Assembly (NCBI GenBank): GCA_963848485.1 | Contig: CAWKDX010000006.1 | Span: forward strand, 41,612-105,611 | Length of the DNA: 64,000 bases | Origin: an uncultured Acidimicrobiia bacterium | Lineage (GTDB): Bacteria > Actinomycetota > Acidimicrobiia > IMCC26256 > JAENVU01 | Direction of reading: 5' to 3' | Shown: positions 1 through 17,739 of the stretch, piece by piece | Layout of the letters: every line of letters starts with the position of its first letter | How positions within the stretch are numbered: the first letter of the stretch is position 1 | Program-made: the position numbers and the translations under genes | The notes under the pieces: generated by a model | What the model saw: the letters and a program-made list of their open reading frames with translations, nothing else | What the model was told of the DNA's origin: nothing | The model's database searches: none

Positions 1-3272
<3,272 letters not shown>

Positions 3273-3276
<4 letters not shown>

Positions 3277-4331
3277 AACGTACGTTCTCGCTCCTCGTCG
3301 TGGCCCTCGGTCGCGGCCGCGTCGCTCTCCGCCTGCGAGCAGCACGTCCGGTCCGGCCGCGGCCAAGGTCGGATCCACCACGATCAGCCGCACGACCCTC
3401 AACGACGACCTGCGGGCGATGACGGACAACAAGGCCGTCGCGGCCTCGCTCTCCAAGTCCCTGTCCGTCAAGGTGAACTCCACCGACGGCGGCGTGAACA
3501 TCGAAGCTCGGCGACGTTGTGGTTGACGACGCTCGTCAACCAGGCCGCCATCGACCAGTACTTCGACTGCGCACCACCTCGAGGTGACCGACGGCCAACC
3601 GGGCTGCGGCGAAGACTGCGACCTACACCACCTTCGTCAACAAGAAGACGTTCGAGGAGCTGCCCGCGCTCGTTCCGGGACGCCGTGCTCGGCGCGCCAG
3701 GGCCGGATCCAGGCGGTGCAAGCGACGCTGCCGCCGAGGCCGCCCCCGAGCGACGCGGTCCTGCAGCAGACCCTCGACAGTGGCAAGGCGATCTCTCTGC
3801 CCGAGCGGCCAGGTCGTCGCCCACATCCAGGTCAAGACCGAGGACGAGGCGAAGGTGATCGAGGCGCAGCTCGCCGCCGGCGCGAACTTCGGCGAGCTGG
3901 CGCAGAAGAGCTCCACGGACACCGGGTCCGGGTCGGTCGGCGGGCTGATCGCCTGCACCGCGTCGGACGGCTACAACCAGCTCCCGGCGTCGTTCCGGGC
4001 CGGCTCGGACAAGCCTCACGCTCGGCCAGACCTCCCCGCCGGTCCAGACCGAGTTCGGCTGGCACGTCATCCGGGTCGAGCCGTTCGACCTCGACGAACG
4101 CGCGCCTGCTGCTCATCCGGCTGGTGCAGCAGCAGCAGGCCAGCCCGATCACGAAGTTCGTCACCCGGCAGCTGCGGAAGCGCAAGGTGTGGGTCGATCC
4201 CCGCTACGGCACGGTCAACCGCACCAAGGCCGCGATCACGATCGTTCCGCCGGTCGCCGCCGAACCCGAAGAGCAATCCGGCGGACCCGACGCCGACCAC
4301 GACACCGGCGGCGGGCGCGACCGGCCAGTGA
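3273..4331 (+). CDS. PrsA/SurA-like parvulin peptidyl-prolyl isomerase lipoprotein (frameshifted)
   Basis: GTGA overlap with the mfd stop; lipobox-like SLSAC; rotamase motifs [27 protein letters not shown]; WVDPRYG; Pro/Thr tail; usual position between mfd and mazG. Confidence 0.85.
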
Positions 4332-5815
4332 CGCCGGGGCACGTCGTCGTCGTCGGGCTGGGACCGGCGGGGGTCGACCTGATGCTTCCGAAGGCTCGCT
4401 CGAAGGTGTCGTACATGGCGCACCGGTACGTGCGCACCGCACGGCACCCGGCGGTCGACGAGCTCGGGCGCCACGGTCTGGACTTCGAGTCGTTCGACGA
4501 GCGGTACGACACCACCGAGTCGTTCGACGACCTCTACCGACGCGATCACGAACGATCTCGTCGCGGCCGCGGCCGAGCACGGTGAGGTTTGCTACGCGCG
4601 TGCCCGGCAACCCGGCGGTGGCCGAGCGGACCGTGAGCCTGCTCCGGGCGGCGGAGCGCCGCGGCGAGATCACGCTCGAGATCATCCCCGGCCTGTCGTT
4701 CGCGGATCTGGCGTGGTCGCGGCTGGGCGTCGATCCGATGGACGGAGCGCGCCTCGTCGACGGGCAGAGCTTCGCCGTCGATGCGGCGGGGTTGCACGGC
4801 CCGTTGCTGATCGGCCACTGCATCAACCGGCTGATCCTCTCGGACATCAAGCTCGTGCTGCTCGAGGCGCTGCCGCCGGAGACGCCGGTCACGGTGCTCC
4901 AGCAGCTCGGGATGCCGGGCGAGCGGGTGATCACGATCCCGCTCGAGGCGCTCGACCGCGACATCGAGCCCGACCACCTCACCTCGATCTTCGTGGACGC
5001 GGGCCACGACGCGGTCGCGGGTGAGCTCGCCGCGCTCGTCGCCCTGTCCGAGCGCCTGCGCGCGCCGGGTGGATGCCCGTGGGACGCCGAGCAGACCCAC
5101 CACTCGCTCTCGCGCTACCTCCTCGAGGAGGCCTACGAGACGGTCGAGGCGATCGAAGGGCTCCCCGCGGCTGCACCCGAGGGCGAGGTGGACCCGGACG
5201 CCTACGCACGGTTGGAGGACGAGCTCGGCGACCTGCTCTACCAGGTGGTGTTCCACTCGGTGCTCGCACGCGAGGCCGGCGCGTTCACGATTGCGGACGT
5301 CGCGCGCGGGATCCACGAGAAGCTCGTGCGCCGCCACCCCCACATCTTCGGGGACGTCGAAGCCGACACCGTGTCGGAGGTGATGACGAACTGGGAGCAG
5401 ATCAAGAAGCGTGAGAAGGGCTCGGACTCGATCGTCGAGGGGATCAGCCCGGGTCTCGCGTCACTGCTGTACGCGCACAAGCTCTACCGAAAGGCCGCGT
5501 CGGTCGGGCTGGAGCCGGGGACGGACGTCGAGGCGCTGGACCGCGCTTCGATCGCGCTCGAGACGCTTCGTGACGCCGACCCTGCGGTGACGGAGGCCGC
5601 TCTGGGCGATCTGCTGGCGGCCGCGGTCGTCCTCGCTCGCGCCCGTGGCGTCGATGCCGAGACCTCCTTGCGGGGTTGGTCGGCCCGGTTCCGGGAACGC
5701 TTCGTGCACATGGAGCAGCTCGCCGTGGCCCAGGGCGTGGACCTCGCCGCAGCTCCGGCGGACCGGGTCGCCGCGCTCTGGATCGAGGCGGGCGTCCGAC
5801 CGGTTCGGTCGATGA
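4328..5815 (+). CDS. mazG: YabN-like tetrapyrrole methylase/MazG nucleoside triphosphate pyrophosphohydrolase (3' end approximate)
   Basis: N-terminal VVVGLGP methylase-like domain; [40 protein letters not shown]. Confidence 0.92.
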
Positions 5816-5955
5816 ATGTCCGAAGCGTGCGGGGCGCCGCGCGGAGGTCCCCGCTGCCGGGCGGATCGCACGCCGGGACGGATTGCCCGGATCGTGCGGG
5901 TGCAGGCGGCTACATTCGACACTCCGACAACACCAGCACCAAGGCTCGGGGGCCC

Positions 5956-7640
<1,685 letters not shown>

Positions 7641-7730
7641 CCCGACCCCAACGAACTCGGCACGCTGAATCCGCGCCAGGGGCGGTCGAACGTGCCGAGA
7701 ACGGTGGTCGGGCCCGCCTACGCTCGCCCG

Positions 7731-8203
7731 GTGTCCGCTTCTGCTGCCGACGTCGAGCGGGTGACGCAGCTCCTCGGCCGTGAGCCCCGAGCCGAGTTCG
7801 AGGTCGTCGTGCGCTCCGACGACGGCGAGCCCGCGGTGATCCGCAACGCGCCCCTGCTCGCGGACGGCACGCCGATGCCGACCCGGTACTGGCTGGTCGC
7901 CCCGGGCCTGGTCCGCTCCGTCTCGCGGCTCGAGGCCGACGGCGGGGTCCGGGCCGCGACCGCGGCGATCGATCCCGAGGCCCTCGCCGCGGCGCACGCC
8001 GAGTACGCGGCGCGAGCGGGCGCGGGCGCTGCCTCCGGGACTGGTCCGGACCGCGCCGTTCGGTGGTGTCGGCGGGCACCCGCCAGGGGGTCAAGTGCCT
8101 GCACGCGCACTACGCCTGGTACCTCGCCGGCGGTGCGGACCCGGTCGGGCGCTGGGTCGACGAGCGCATCGATCTCGAGCCCGGGCCGGAGCGCGCCGAG
8201 TGA
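7731..8203 (+). CDS. DUF501 family protein
   Basis: QLLGREPR, DGTPMPTRYWL, GGVG...VKCLHAHYA; TACGCT -10 box 6 nt upstream. Confidence 0.88.
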
Positions 8204-9148
8204 GGGTCGCCGCGATCGACATCGGCACCAACTCGACCCGGCTGCTCGTCGGTGAGATCACCGAGCCGCCGCGGCGAGCTCGTACAGCTCGACCGGCGGA
8301 TGACCATCACCCGACTGGGTCAAGGCGTCGACGCGACCCGCCGACTCGCTCCGGAGGCGATCGAACGCACGCTGGCCGCGCTGCGCGGGTACCGGAAGGT
8401 GATGGACGAGCTCGGCGGGGTCGAAGCGCTGCGCGCGACTGCGACGAGCGCGGCGCGCGACGCGACGAACCGCGACGACTTCTTCGCGCCCGCCGCGGAG
8501 ATCCTCGGCGCCGAGCTCGAGCTGCTCTCGGGCGACGAGGAGGCCGCGCTCTCGTTTCTCGGCGCGACGACGGGACTCGGACCGCGCGGGCGACGTTCCG
8601 GCGCCGTACCTCGTCGTCGACATCGGCGGCGGCTCGACCGAGTTCGTCGTCGGCACCGAGGCGCCCGAAGGGAAGATGTCGGTGGACATCGGGTGCGTGC
8701 GCCTCACCGAGGCCTGGCTGCACTCGGACCCACCGGAGCCCGAGGAGCTGAGCCAGGCGGTGCACGTCGCGCGTGAGCACGTCGTCGACGTGATCCGCGA
8801 GGTGCCGGCGGTCAAGGAGGCGAAGACGCTCATCGGCCTGGCGGGAACGGTGACGACCGTGGCCGCGATCGAGATGGGCCTCGCGCGAGTACGACGCCGG
8901 CGCGGATCCACCACTCGCGCCTGACCAGGGCCGCGGTCGAGGAGGTGTTCCGCACGCTCGCCACGGAGTCGCGTCGAGGAGCGGCGGCACAATCCCGGGC
9001 TCGAGCCCGGGCGGGTGGACGTGATCGTCGGCGGGGTGATCGTCCTGGTCACGATCCTGCGCACGATGGGCTTCGACGAGCTCCTCGTCTCGGAGGCCGA
9101 CATCCTGGATGGGCTGGTCAGGAGCCTGGCTGCCGGCCCGGAACCTGA
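8200..9148 (+). CDS. ppx: Ppx/GppA exopolyphosphatase (frameshifted; end approximate)
   Basis: AAIDIGTNS, ITRLGQG, ATSAARDA, SGDEEA, DIGGGSTE, DILDG. Confidence 0.9.
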
Positions 9149-9191
9149 GATTTTCCTCAGTCCCTCCGCCGGTCGCGCCGTTACCTCTCTC

Positions 9192-9569
9192 GTGCATCTG
9201 GAAGGGTTCGTCGCCGCGCTGCAGCGCCTCACGGTGACGACATCCGCGCGATCGCGATCTGCCATCGACGAGCACCACCAGACCGTCGCCGACGAGGTCG
9301 CGGCCTGGGAAGCGGTGATGTGCATCGACGACGCGCTGCGCGAGCAGGGCCGGTCCCGCGGTCGCCGCCCGGGCGGCGCACGACGCCGTGCAGGCGGTGC
9401 GGACGCGCGGCCGAGGCGTCGGACATCGACATCCCGGACGCCGTCGTCATCCGCGTCGCCCGCGAGGCGGCGCTGCTCGCCCGGGCGCTCGTGGCCGGCA
9501 ACGCCGCGGATCCCGCGGTCGCGCACCTGACGCGCATCTGGGGCAACGTCTCGTCCGTCGCCGGCCTGA
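9192..9569 (+). CDS. Hypothetical Ala-rich helical protein (frameshifted)
   Basis: Coding-like fragments HLEGFVAALQRL...DEVAAWEAVMCIDDALR...VIRVAREAALLARALVAG between ppx and the aminotransferase. Confidence 0.55.
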
Positions 9570-9610
9570 GCCGTCGGCGTCGGCGGCGGCGGCCGTCCTA
9601 CGATGCGCCG

Positions 9611-10710
9611 ATGCCACTGACCGACCGATTGTTGCTCGGCCCCGGGCCGTCCAATCCGTATCCCGAAGTCGCCGCCGCGTTTCGCGCAGCCGTTGCTCGG
9701 CCACCTCGATCCCGGACTTCCTCGCGATCCTCGACGAGACCTGCGATCGCCTGCGCACGGTGTTCCAGACCACGAACGCGTTGACGCTGCCGATCTCGGG
9801 GACGGGCTCGGCCGGCATGGAAGCGTGCTTCGTCAACCTGCTCGAGCCGGGCGACACGGCGATCATCGGCGTCAACGGCGTCTTCGGCGAGCGCATGTGC
9901 GAGGTCGCACGACGGTGTGGTGCCGAGGTCGTGCGCGTCGACGCGCCGTGGGGTGCCGCGCTCGATCCCGCAGCGGCTGCTCGAGGCGCAACGGAGCCAG
10001 CCGGGCGCGCGGCTGCTCGCGGTCGTCCACGCGGAGACGTCGACCGGCGTCGAGAACGACGTCGCGCCGCTTGCGCGCACTCCAGGACACCGACACGTTG
10101 CTGCTGGTCGACACCGTCACGTCGCTCGGCGGGATCCCCGTCGAGGTCGACGGCTGGGGGATCGACGCGTCGCTACTCGGGCACCCAGAAGTGCCTCGGC
10201 GTGCCGCCCGGGCTCTCGCCGCTGACCTTCTCGCCCCGGGCGGTGGAGCGGGTGCGGACCCGGTCCACGCCGCCGCAGTCCTGGTACCTGGATCTCGGCC
10301 TCATCGGCGACTACGTGGGCGGGGCGCGCAAGTACCACCACACCGCGCCGACCGCGATGATCGTCGCCCTGCACGCCGGGCTCGGCGCGGTGCTCGACGA
10401 GGGACTCGAGCAGTCGTGGGCCCGCCACCGGGCCGTCGGGGACCGGCTCCAGGCCGGCCTCGTGGAGCTCGGGCTGGTCGCTGATCGCCGAGGACGGCCA
10501 CCGGCTCCCACAGCTGACCTCGGTCCGGCTGCCCGGACGGGACTCGACGAAGGCGTGCTGCGCAAGGCGCTGCTCACCGGGTACGGCATCGAGGTCGGCG
10601 GCGGGCTGGGCGAGTTCGCCGGAGTCGCCTGGCGGATCGGGCTGATGGGGCATTCCGCCCGGGAACGCTCGGTCACCACGCTGCTCGGCGCACTCCGGGA
10701 GCAGATCTGA
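9611..10710 (+). CDS. Class V PLP aminotransferase (alanine-glyoxylate/serine-pyruvate type)
   Basis: LLLGPGPS, SGTGSAGME, VHAETSTGV, DTVTSLGG, YSGTQKCL (PLP Lys), YHHT, WRIGLMG. Confidence 0.92.
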
Positions 10711-10771
10711 CGCGCGATCGCCGGCCTTTCGGGCCTCCAGGGTGCCCAGTGAGCGTGTCGACACCCTGAAC

Positions 10772-12590
10772 GTGAGCACTCTCGCCGAGCGCGGCTTCCA
10801 CCCGCTGCAGCGGCTCGTGCGCCGCCTGGCCGCGGATCTCGCCGCACCGCCAGGTCCAGCTGCTGTGCGCGATCTCGGTCGCGATCGGTGGCGGTCATGG
10901 TCGCGGCGGTGCTCGGCTCGCTGGCGCCGACGCACGCGCTCGTTGCGGGACTCGAGCGACAGCCTGGTCCCGGCCGTCGAGCGGCTCGACGTCGCCCGGT
11001 ACGAAGCTACAGTCGCGGCGACGAGCGCGCTCCAGGGATCGGCGAGCGTCGATCCGGCGGTGCGCGCCGCCGCGGCATCAGCGAGCTCACGGCGCTGAAC
11101 TCGGCCGGCGAGGTCGGCGTGGAAGGCGTACCGGCGGATCGTCGGTCGCACCTTCCGGGCGAGCGCGACGCTGCAGCGCAGCTTCGCTCGCGATCGCAAG
11201 GCGGCGTTCGACGCCGGAGTCGTGGTCTGGTGAGCCAGCCCGCGCCCGCCAGCGAAGCGCTGCGCCAGCGTCGACCGGACGCGCACCAGCGCTCTTCGGA
11301 CCGACCTCGAACCACATCAAGGAGCTCTACGAGACGAAGGTCCAGCGCTCGCTGACGCGACGCGAGCGACAAGTGGCTCGACGCGACCGAGCGCACGATC
11401 GTGCTCGATCTCCGGGGTCGGCGTTGCTCGTTCTGCTGCTCGCGTTCGGCGTCGCCGCCGCTCGGCACGGTCGCGCGAGGAGCGGCTCGAAGCCCTCGAC
11501 CGACGCTGCACGAGGACGCGGAGCGCAACGAGCTCGAGGCCCGCCTGCAGCGTTCACTCGAGATGGCGCGCACCGAGGCGGCGGCCTACGCGCTGGTCGG
11601 GCGGGCGCTGTCCGTCACGCGTGCCGGGCGTTCCGGCCGAGCTGCTCGTGGCGGACTCGAGCCGTGCCCACTTCCGCCAGGCACCGTCGACCGACGAGCA
11701 CGGCGGTCCCGGGTGCCCGGTGATGTCGCCGACCGACTGCCCCGCGGCGACCTGGGGCCAGACCCAGATCTGGCCCAGCAGCACGCGCTCGACGCGTGCC
11801 CGTACCTGCAGGATCGCCCGGGCGGCGAGTGCTCCGCGGTCTGCGTGCCGGTCAGCATCGGCGGCAACACGGTCGGGGTCGTGCACGCGATCGGCCCCGA
11901 CGGCGAGCCGCCCGACGAGCCACGGTCGTCGCAAGGTCGAGCTGATCGCCCGCAAGGTCGGTGAGCGCGTCGGGATGCTGCGCGCGTTCAAGCGCTCCGA
12001 GACCCAGGCGCACACCGATCCGCTGACCGGGCTGATGAACCGGCGCAGCCTCGAGGAGAAGGTGCGCGGGCTCACCGAGAACGGCTCGACCTACGTCGCG
12101 GTCGTACGCGCGATCTCGACCACTTCAAGCAGCTCAACGACGTCCACGGCCACGACGCCGGCGACCAGGCGCTGCGGCTCTTCGCCCGGGTGCTGCGCGA
12201 CACGCGTCCGGCCCGCACGACCTCACCGCCCGCTACGGCGGCGAGGAGTTCGTCGTCGTGCTCCCGGACTGCGAGGTCTCCGACGCCTACGCCGGTCATC
12301 AACCGGCTTCGCGAGCAGCTCGCAGTCGCCCAGGCCGGCGCGGGCACGCCGCCGTTCACCGTGAGCTTCGGGATCACCGCCGCCCGGCCCGAGGACACGT
12401 TCAGCGAGACGCTCGAGCTCGCCGACGCGGCGCTGCTCAAGGCGAAGGCGACCGGTCGCGACCGGATCGTGATCAGCGGCACCGACGAGCCGCCGACCGA
12501 CCCCGAGCTCGCCGCGACCCGCACGGCGACGTCCCCGTCTCCGGTGCTACCGGCCATGGCGCGACCGGAGCCGGGCGGGGCGGGTCAGGT
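10772..12590 (+). CDS. Membrane sensor diguanylate cyclase (TM-sensor-TM, GAF, GGDEF); heavily frameshifted, ends approximate
   Basis: [56 protein letters not shown]; hydrophobic N-terminal segments. Confidence 0.85.
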
Positions 12591-14427
12591 CTTGGGGGGC
12601 TTCTTGTTGCGGGTGCGGCCGCGGATGGACTGCTCGAGCACGACCTTGCGCAGGCGCACGCTCTCGGGCGTCACCTCGACGCACTCGTCGTCGGCGATGA
12701 ACTCGAGCGCCTGCTCGAGTGACATCGGCCGCGGCGGGGTCAGCCGCACGGTGTCGTCGGAGCTCGACGTCCGCTGGTTGGTGAGCTTCTTCTCCTTCGT
12801 CGGGTTGACGTCCATCTCGTCGGAGCGCGCGTTCTCGCCGACGATCATCCCCTCGTACACCTCGACGCCCGGGCCGAGGAGCATCTGGCCGCGCTCCTGG
12901 AGGTTGAAGAGCGCGAACGAGTTGGTGACGCCGCGCCGGTCCGAGACGAGCGAGCCGGTCGGGCGGTTGCGCAGGTCGCCGAACCAGCGCTCGTAGCCGT
13001 CGAACACGTGGTGCAGGATGCCGGTGCCGCGTGTCTCGGTGAGGAACTCGGTGCGGAACCCGATGAGCCCACGGGCGGGCACGATGTACTCCATGCGCAC
13101 CCAGCCGGTGCCGTGGTTCACCATCTGCTCGAGCCGGCCCTTGCGGAGCGCGACGAGCTGGGTGACGACGCCGAGGTAGTCGTCGGGCACGTCGATCGCG
13201 ACCCGCTCGACCGGCTCGTGCAGCTTGCCGTCGATCTCGCGCGTGACGACCTGCGGCTTGCCGACCGTGAGCTCGAAGCCCTTCGCGGCGCATCGTCTCG
13301 ACGAGCACCGCGAGCTGGAGCTCACCGCGACCCTGGACCTCCCAGGCGTCGGGGCGCTCGGTCGGGAGCACCCGGATCGACACGTTGCCGACGAGCTCGG
13401 CGTCGAGGCGGCTGCAGCACCTGGCGGGCCGTGAGCTTGGAGCCCTCCTGGCCCGCGAGCGGCGACGTGTTGATGCCGATCGTCATGGACAGGCTGGGCT
13501 CGTCGACGGTGATCGCCGGGCAGCGCGACCGGGTTGTCCGCGTCGGCGAGCGTCTCGCCGATCGTGACCTCGGCGAGCCCGGCGATCGCGCAGATCTCGC
13601 CCGGTCCGGCTTCGGCCGCGTCGACCCGGTCGAGCGACTCGGCGACGTAGAGCTCGGTGATGCGCACCTTCTCGATCGAGCCGTCGAGCTTGCACCACGC
13701 GACCGTCTGACCCTTGGCGATCGTGCCGTGCTGCACGCGGCACAGCGCGAGGCGGCCGAGGTACGGGCGACGCGTCGAGGTTCGTGACGAGCGCCTGGAG
13801 CGGGTGGCCCTCTTCGTAGGTCGGCGCGGGGATGTGGTCGAGCAGCAGCTCGAAGAGCGGCTTGAGGTCGCTGCCCTCCGCGTCGGGGTCGAGCGACGCC
13901 CAGCCCGCACGCGCGTTCGCGTAGATGATCGGGAAGTCGATCTGCGTCTCGTCCGCGTCGAGGTCCAGGAAGAGCTCGTACACCTCGTCGACGACCTCTT
14001 GGATGCGCGCGTCGGGGCGGTCCACCTTGTTCACGACGAGGATGACGGGCAGGCGCGACTCGAGCGCCTTGCGCAGCACGAACCGGGTCTGGGGGAGCGG
14101 GCCCTCGCTCGCGTCGACGAGCAGGAGCACGCCGTCGACCATCGTGAGGCCGCGCTCGACCTCGCCGCCGAAGTCCGCGTGGCCGGGGGTGTCGATGATG
14201 TTGATCTTCACCCCGCCGTAGCGGACCGCGATGTTCTTCGCGAGGATCGTGATGCCCTTCTCGCGCTCGAGGTCGTTCGAGTCCAGGACCCGGTCGTTGA
14301 CCTCCTGGTTGTCCCGGAACGCGCCCGTCTGCCAGAGCATGGCGTCGACCAACGTGGTCTTGCCGTGGTCGACGTGGGCAACAATTGCCACATTTCGGAG
14401 ATCATCTCGCTGGGCGCGCGCGGACAT
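12585..14427 (-). CDS. typA: Translational GTPase TypA/BipA
   Basis: [57 protein letters not shown]. Confidence 0.97.
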
Positions 14428-14494
14428 GAGCCTTCTCTCGAACTTCGGGCCGTTTCAGCCCTGCGCCGCCGGGGTGCAGCGCGAGCCAAAGATT

Positions 14495-15114
14495 CTAGCC
14501 GCCTGCGGGGCTTTCCCGGTCCTCGGCCGGAGTCGTGCCGTCGTCCGCCGGGGCGGGCGGCGCCGGCTCCGGGGGCAGGAGCATGTTGGCCCGGTAGAAC
14601 CGGAGCTCCTCGATGGACTCCCGGATGTCGTCGAGCGCGCGGTGGCTCTCCTGCTTGTCCGGCCGCTTCTTGTACACGGACGGGTACCAGCGCCGGCACA
14701 GCTCCTTGAACGAGCTCACGTCCACGCTGCGGTAGTGGAGGTACTGGTCGACCTCCGGGCAGGTACCGGTCGAGGAAGCGCCGGTCGACGCCGATCGAGT
14801 TGCCGCACAGCGGGGTCGTCCCCGGACCGGGCAGCACCGAGCCCGAGGTACTCGAGCACCTGGGTGCTCGCGTCCTCGAGGGAGAGCGTCGACGCCTCGA
14901 TCGCCGGGAGCAGGCCCGACTTCGTGTGCATCTTGGTGACGAAGTCGTCCATCTCCGCGAGCGCTTCGGGCGACGCGTGCACGATCAGGTCGATGCCGTC
15001 GTCGACGAGCTCGAGCTCGGAGTCGGTGATGAGCACCGCGATCTCGACGACGGTGTGGCGGACGGTGTCGAGCCCGGTCATCTCCAGGTCGATCCACGCC
15101 AGACGATCGGACAT
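14495..15114 (-). CDS. orn: Oligoribonuclease
   Basis: [51 protein letters not shown]. Confidence 0.96.
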
Positions 15115-15171
15115 CTCGGGACGAGGCACGCGAGCACCCTAATGGGTGGACCGGCGCATAACCTCCGGTTC

Positions 15172-17119
15172 GTGGCAGAGATCGTGTGGCGGCCCACCCC
15201 CGAGTCGGCGGCGGCGAGCAACGTCGGGCGCTTCATGGCCGAGCACGGGTTCACCGACTTCGCCGAGCTGCGCGCCCGGTCGATCGCGGACCCCGAGTGG
15301 TTCTGGGACGCGTTCGTACGGTTCGTCGGGATCGAGTGGTCGACGCCGTACACGCAGGTGCTCGACACCTCGGCCGGGCATCGAGTGGGCGACCTGGTTC
15401 ACAGGCGGCCAGCTGAACGTCGCGCACGACTGCGTCGACAAGTGGGCCGACCGCGACGGACTGGCGCGATCGACCGGCCGTCATCTGGGAGGGCGAGGAG
15501 GGCACGACGCGCACGCTCACCTACGCCGAGCTGCGCGTGCTCACCGACCGCATCGCGCACGGGCTCGCGGCGCGGGGCGTCGGGCGAGGGCGACGCGGTC
15601 GGCGTGTTCCTCCCGATGATCCCCGAGACGGTCGCCGCGGTCATGGCCGTCGCGAAGCTCGGCGCGATCTTCCTGCCCGTCTTCTCCGGCTACGGCGCCG
15701 ACGCGGTCGCGGTGCGACTCGAGGACTGCAACGCGAAGGCGCTCATCACCGCGGACGGCACGCTGCGGCGCGGCAAGCTCGTCCCGATGAAGGAGACCGC
15801 GGACGCGGCGGTCGCCGCGGTTCCGTCGGTCGAGACGGTCGTCGTCGTGCCGCGCATCGGGTCGCGACGACGTGCCGATGACCGCCGGGCGCGACCTGAC
15901 GCTGGCCGAGCTCACCGACCTCGCGCCCGACGAGCCGTTCCCGACCCGGCCGGTGGACGCCGAGCACCCGCTGTTCGTCGCGTACACGAGTGGCACGACC
16001 GGTCGGCCCAAGGGCGCGGTGCACGTCCACGGCGGGCTTCCTCGCGAAGATCGCCGAGGAGGTCGGGTTCCAGGCGGACTGCGGGCCGGACGACATCCTC
16101 TTCTGGCTCACCGACCTCGGTTGGATCATGGGCCCGTGGCAGATCTTCGGGACGCTCGCGTGGGGCGCGACGATGTTCTGCTTCGACGGCGCGCCCGACT
16201 TCCCGGAGCCCGACCGGCTCTGGTCGATGGTCGAGCGCCACCGGCTCACGATCCTCGGCGTGTCCCCGACGCTCATCCGCGCGCTGATGGCGAAGGGTGA
16301 CGACTCACGTCGACCGTCACGACCTCTCCTCGCTGCGCGTGCTCGCGTCGACGGGCGAGCCGTGGAACGAAGGACCGTGGCGCTGGTACTTCGAACGGGT
16401 CGGTGGGAGTCGCTGCTCGGTGATCAACGTGAGCGGTGGGACCGAGGTCGGGTGCTTCCTCGCGCCGCACGTCGTCGAGGAGATCTCGCCGATGTCGCTC
16501 GGCGGTCCCGCGCTCGGCTGTGACGTGGACGTGGTGGACGACGACTGCCAACCGATCCGGGGCGCGGTCGGTGAGCTGATCTGCCGGCAGCCGTGGCCCG
16601 CGATGACCCGTGGCGTCTGGAAGGACCCGCAGCGCTACCTGGACACCTACTGGTCGCGCTGGCCGGGCGTGTGGTGGCACGGCGACTGGGCGTCGATCGA
16701 CGGCGACGGGCAGTGGTACCTGCACGGACGCTCGGACGACACGATCAAGCTCGCGGGCAAGCGGCTGGGTCCGGCCGAGGTGGAGACCGTGCTCGTGGAG
16801 CACCCGGCCGTGGTCGAAGCCGCGGCGGTCGGGCTGCCCGACGAGCTGAAGGGCGAGTCGCTCGCCTGCTACGTCGTGCTCGCCGCCGGGGTCGAGCCGA
16901 GCGAGGCGCCTGCGCGCCGAGCTGCGGGCGTACGTCGCCGACCGGCTCGGCAAGTCGTTCCGGCCGAGCGCGGTCCGGTTCACGACCACGCTGCCCAAGA
17001 CCCGCAGCAACAAGGTGATGCGTCGTACGATCCGCGCCGTGGCCCTCGGACAGCCGCCGGGCGACCTGTCGGGTCTCGAAGACCCGGCCTCACTCGATGC
17101 GATCATGGACGCGGTATGA
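15172..17119 (+). CDS. Acetyl-/acetoacetyl-CoA synthetase family AMP-dependent ligase (frameshifted)
   Basis: [52 protein letters not shown]. Confidence 0.92.
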
Positions 17120-17730
17120 GAACCCAACGCGATGCTCCGTGCCTCGAAGGTCCCCGCGTGCTGCTGCGGCCGTTGCGCGCCGCGGACTTCAACTCGTGGC
17201 ACGAGGTCCGGGGCCGCAGCCGCGACTGGCTCGAGACCTGGGAGCCGCTGCCCGAGCCCGGGAGCCCCGACCCCGCGACCGACGTCGACGCGTTCCGGGC
17301 CCGGTGCGGCGCGTGGGACCGGCAACGCCAGTTCGACGCCGCCTACGGCTTCGGGGTGTTCCTGCGCGACGGCGAGCGCTTCGCCGGTGAGGTGAGCCTC
17401 GGCAACGTGCAGCGCGGGCCGTTCCAGTCCGCGTACGTCGGCTACTGGATCGACGAGGCCGCGGCGGGCCACGGCTACATCCCCGAGGGCGTCGTGCTGA
17501 TGCTGCGGTACGCGTTCGACGAGCTGCGGCTGCACCGGATCGAAGCGGCGATCGTGCCCCGCAACGCGCCGAGCCGCCGGGTGGCCGACAAGCTCGGGCT
17601 GCGCGACGAAGGCGTCGCGCGCCGGCTGCTCCAGATCCGCGGCGTCTACGAGGACCACGTCCGCTACGCGATCACCGCCGAGGAGTGGGCGGAGCGGCGC
17701 AACGAGCTCACCGCCGCGTTCCTGACCTGA
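17116..17730 (+). CDS. RimJ/RimL-type GNAT N-acetyltransferase
   Basis: LETWEP, RGPFQSAYVGYWIDE..AGHG, LHRIEAAIVPRNAPSRRVADKLG; ATGA overlap with the upstream gene. Confidence 0.9.
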   Translation: MRTQRDAPCLEGPRVLLRPLRAADFNSWHEVRGRSRDWLETWEPLPEPGSPDPATDVDAFRARCGAWDRQRQFDAAYGFGVFLRDGERFAGEVSLGNVQRGPFQSAYVGYWIDEAAAGHGYIPEGVVLMLRYAFDELRLHRIEAAIVPRNAPSRRVADKLGLRDEGVARRLLQIRGVYEDHVRYAITAEEWAERRNELTAAFLT

Positions 17731-17739
17731 CCCGGCGGC

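Noticed and set aside
9015-9530. Ppx apparently fused to the downstream hypothetical protein
   Set aside because: Ppx similarity ends at DILDGLVRSL and an AT-richer spacer follows. Probably an indel artefact.
16297-17730. Synthetase-GNAT fusion ORF in the track
   Set aside because: Created by a frameshift near 16910. The synthetase ends at 17119 in another frame.
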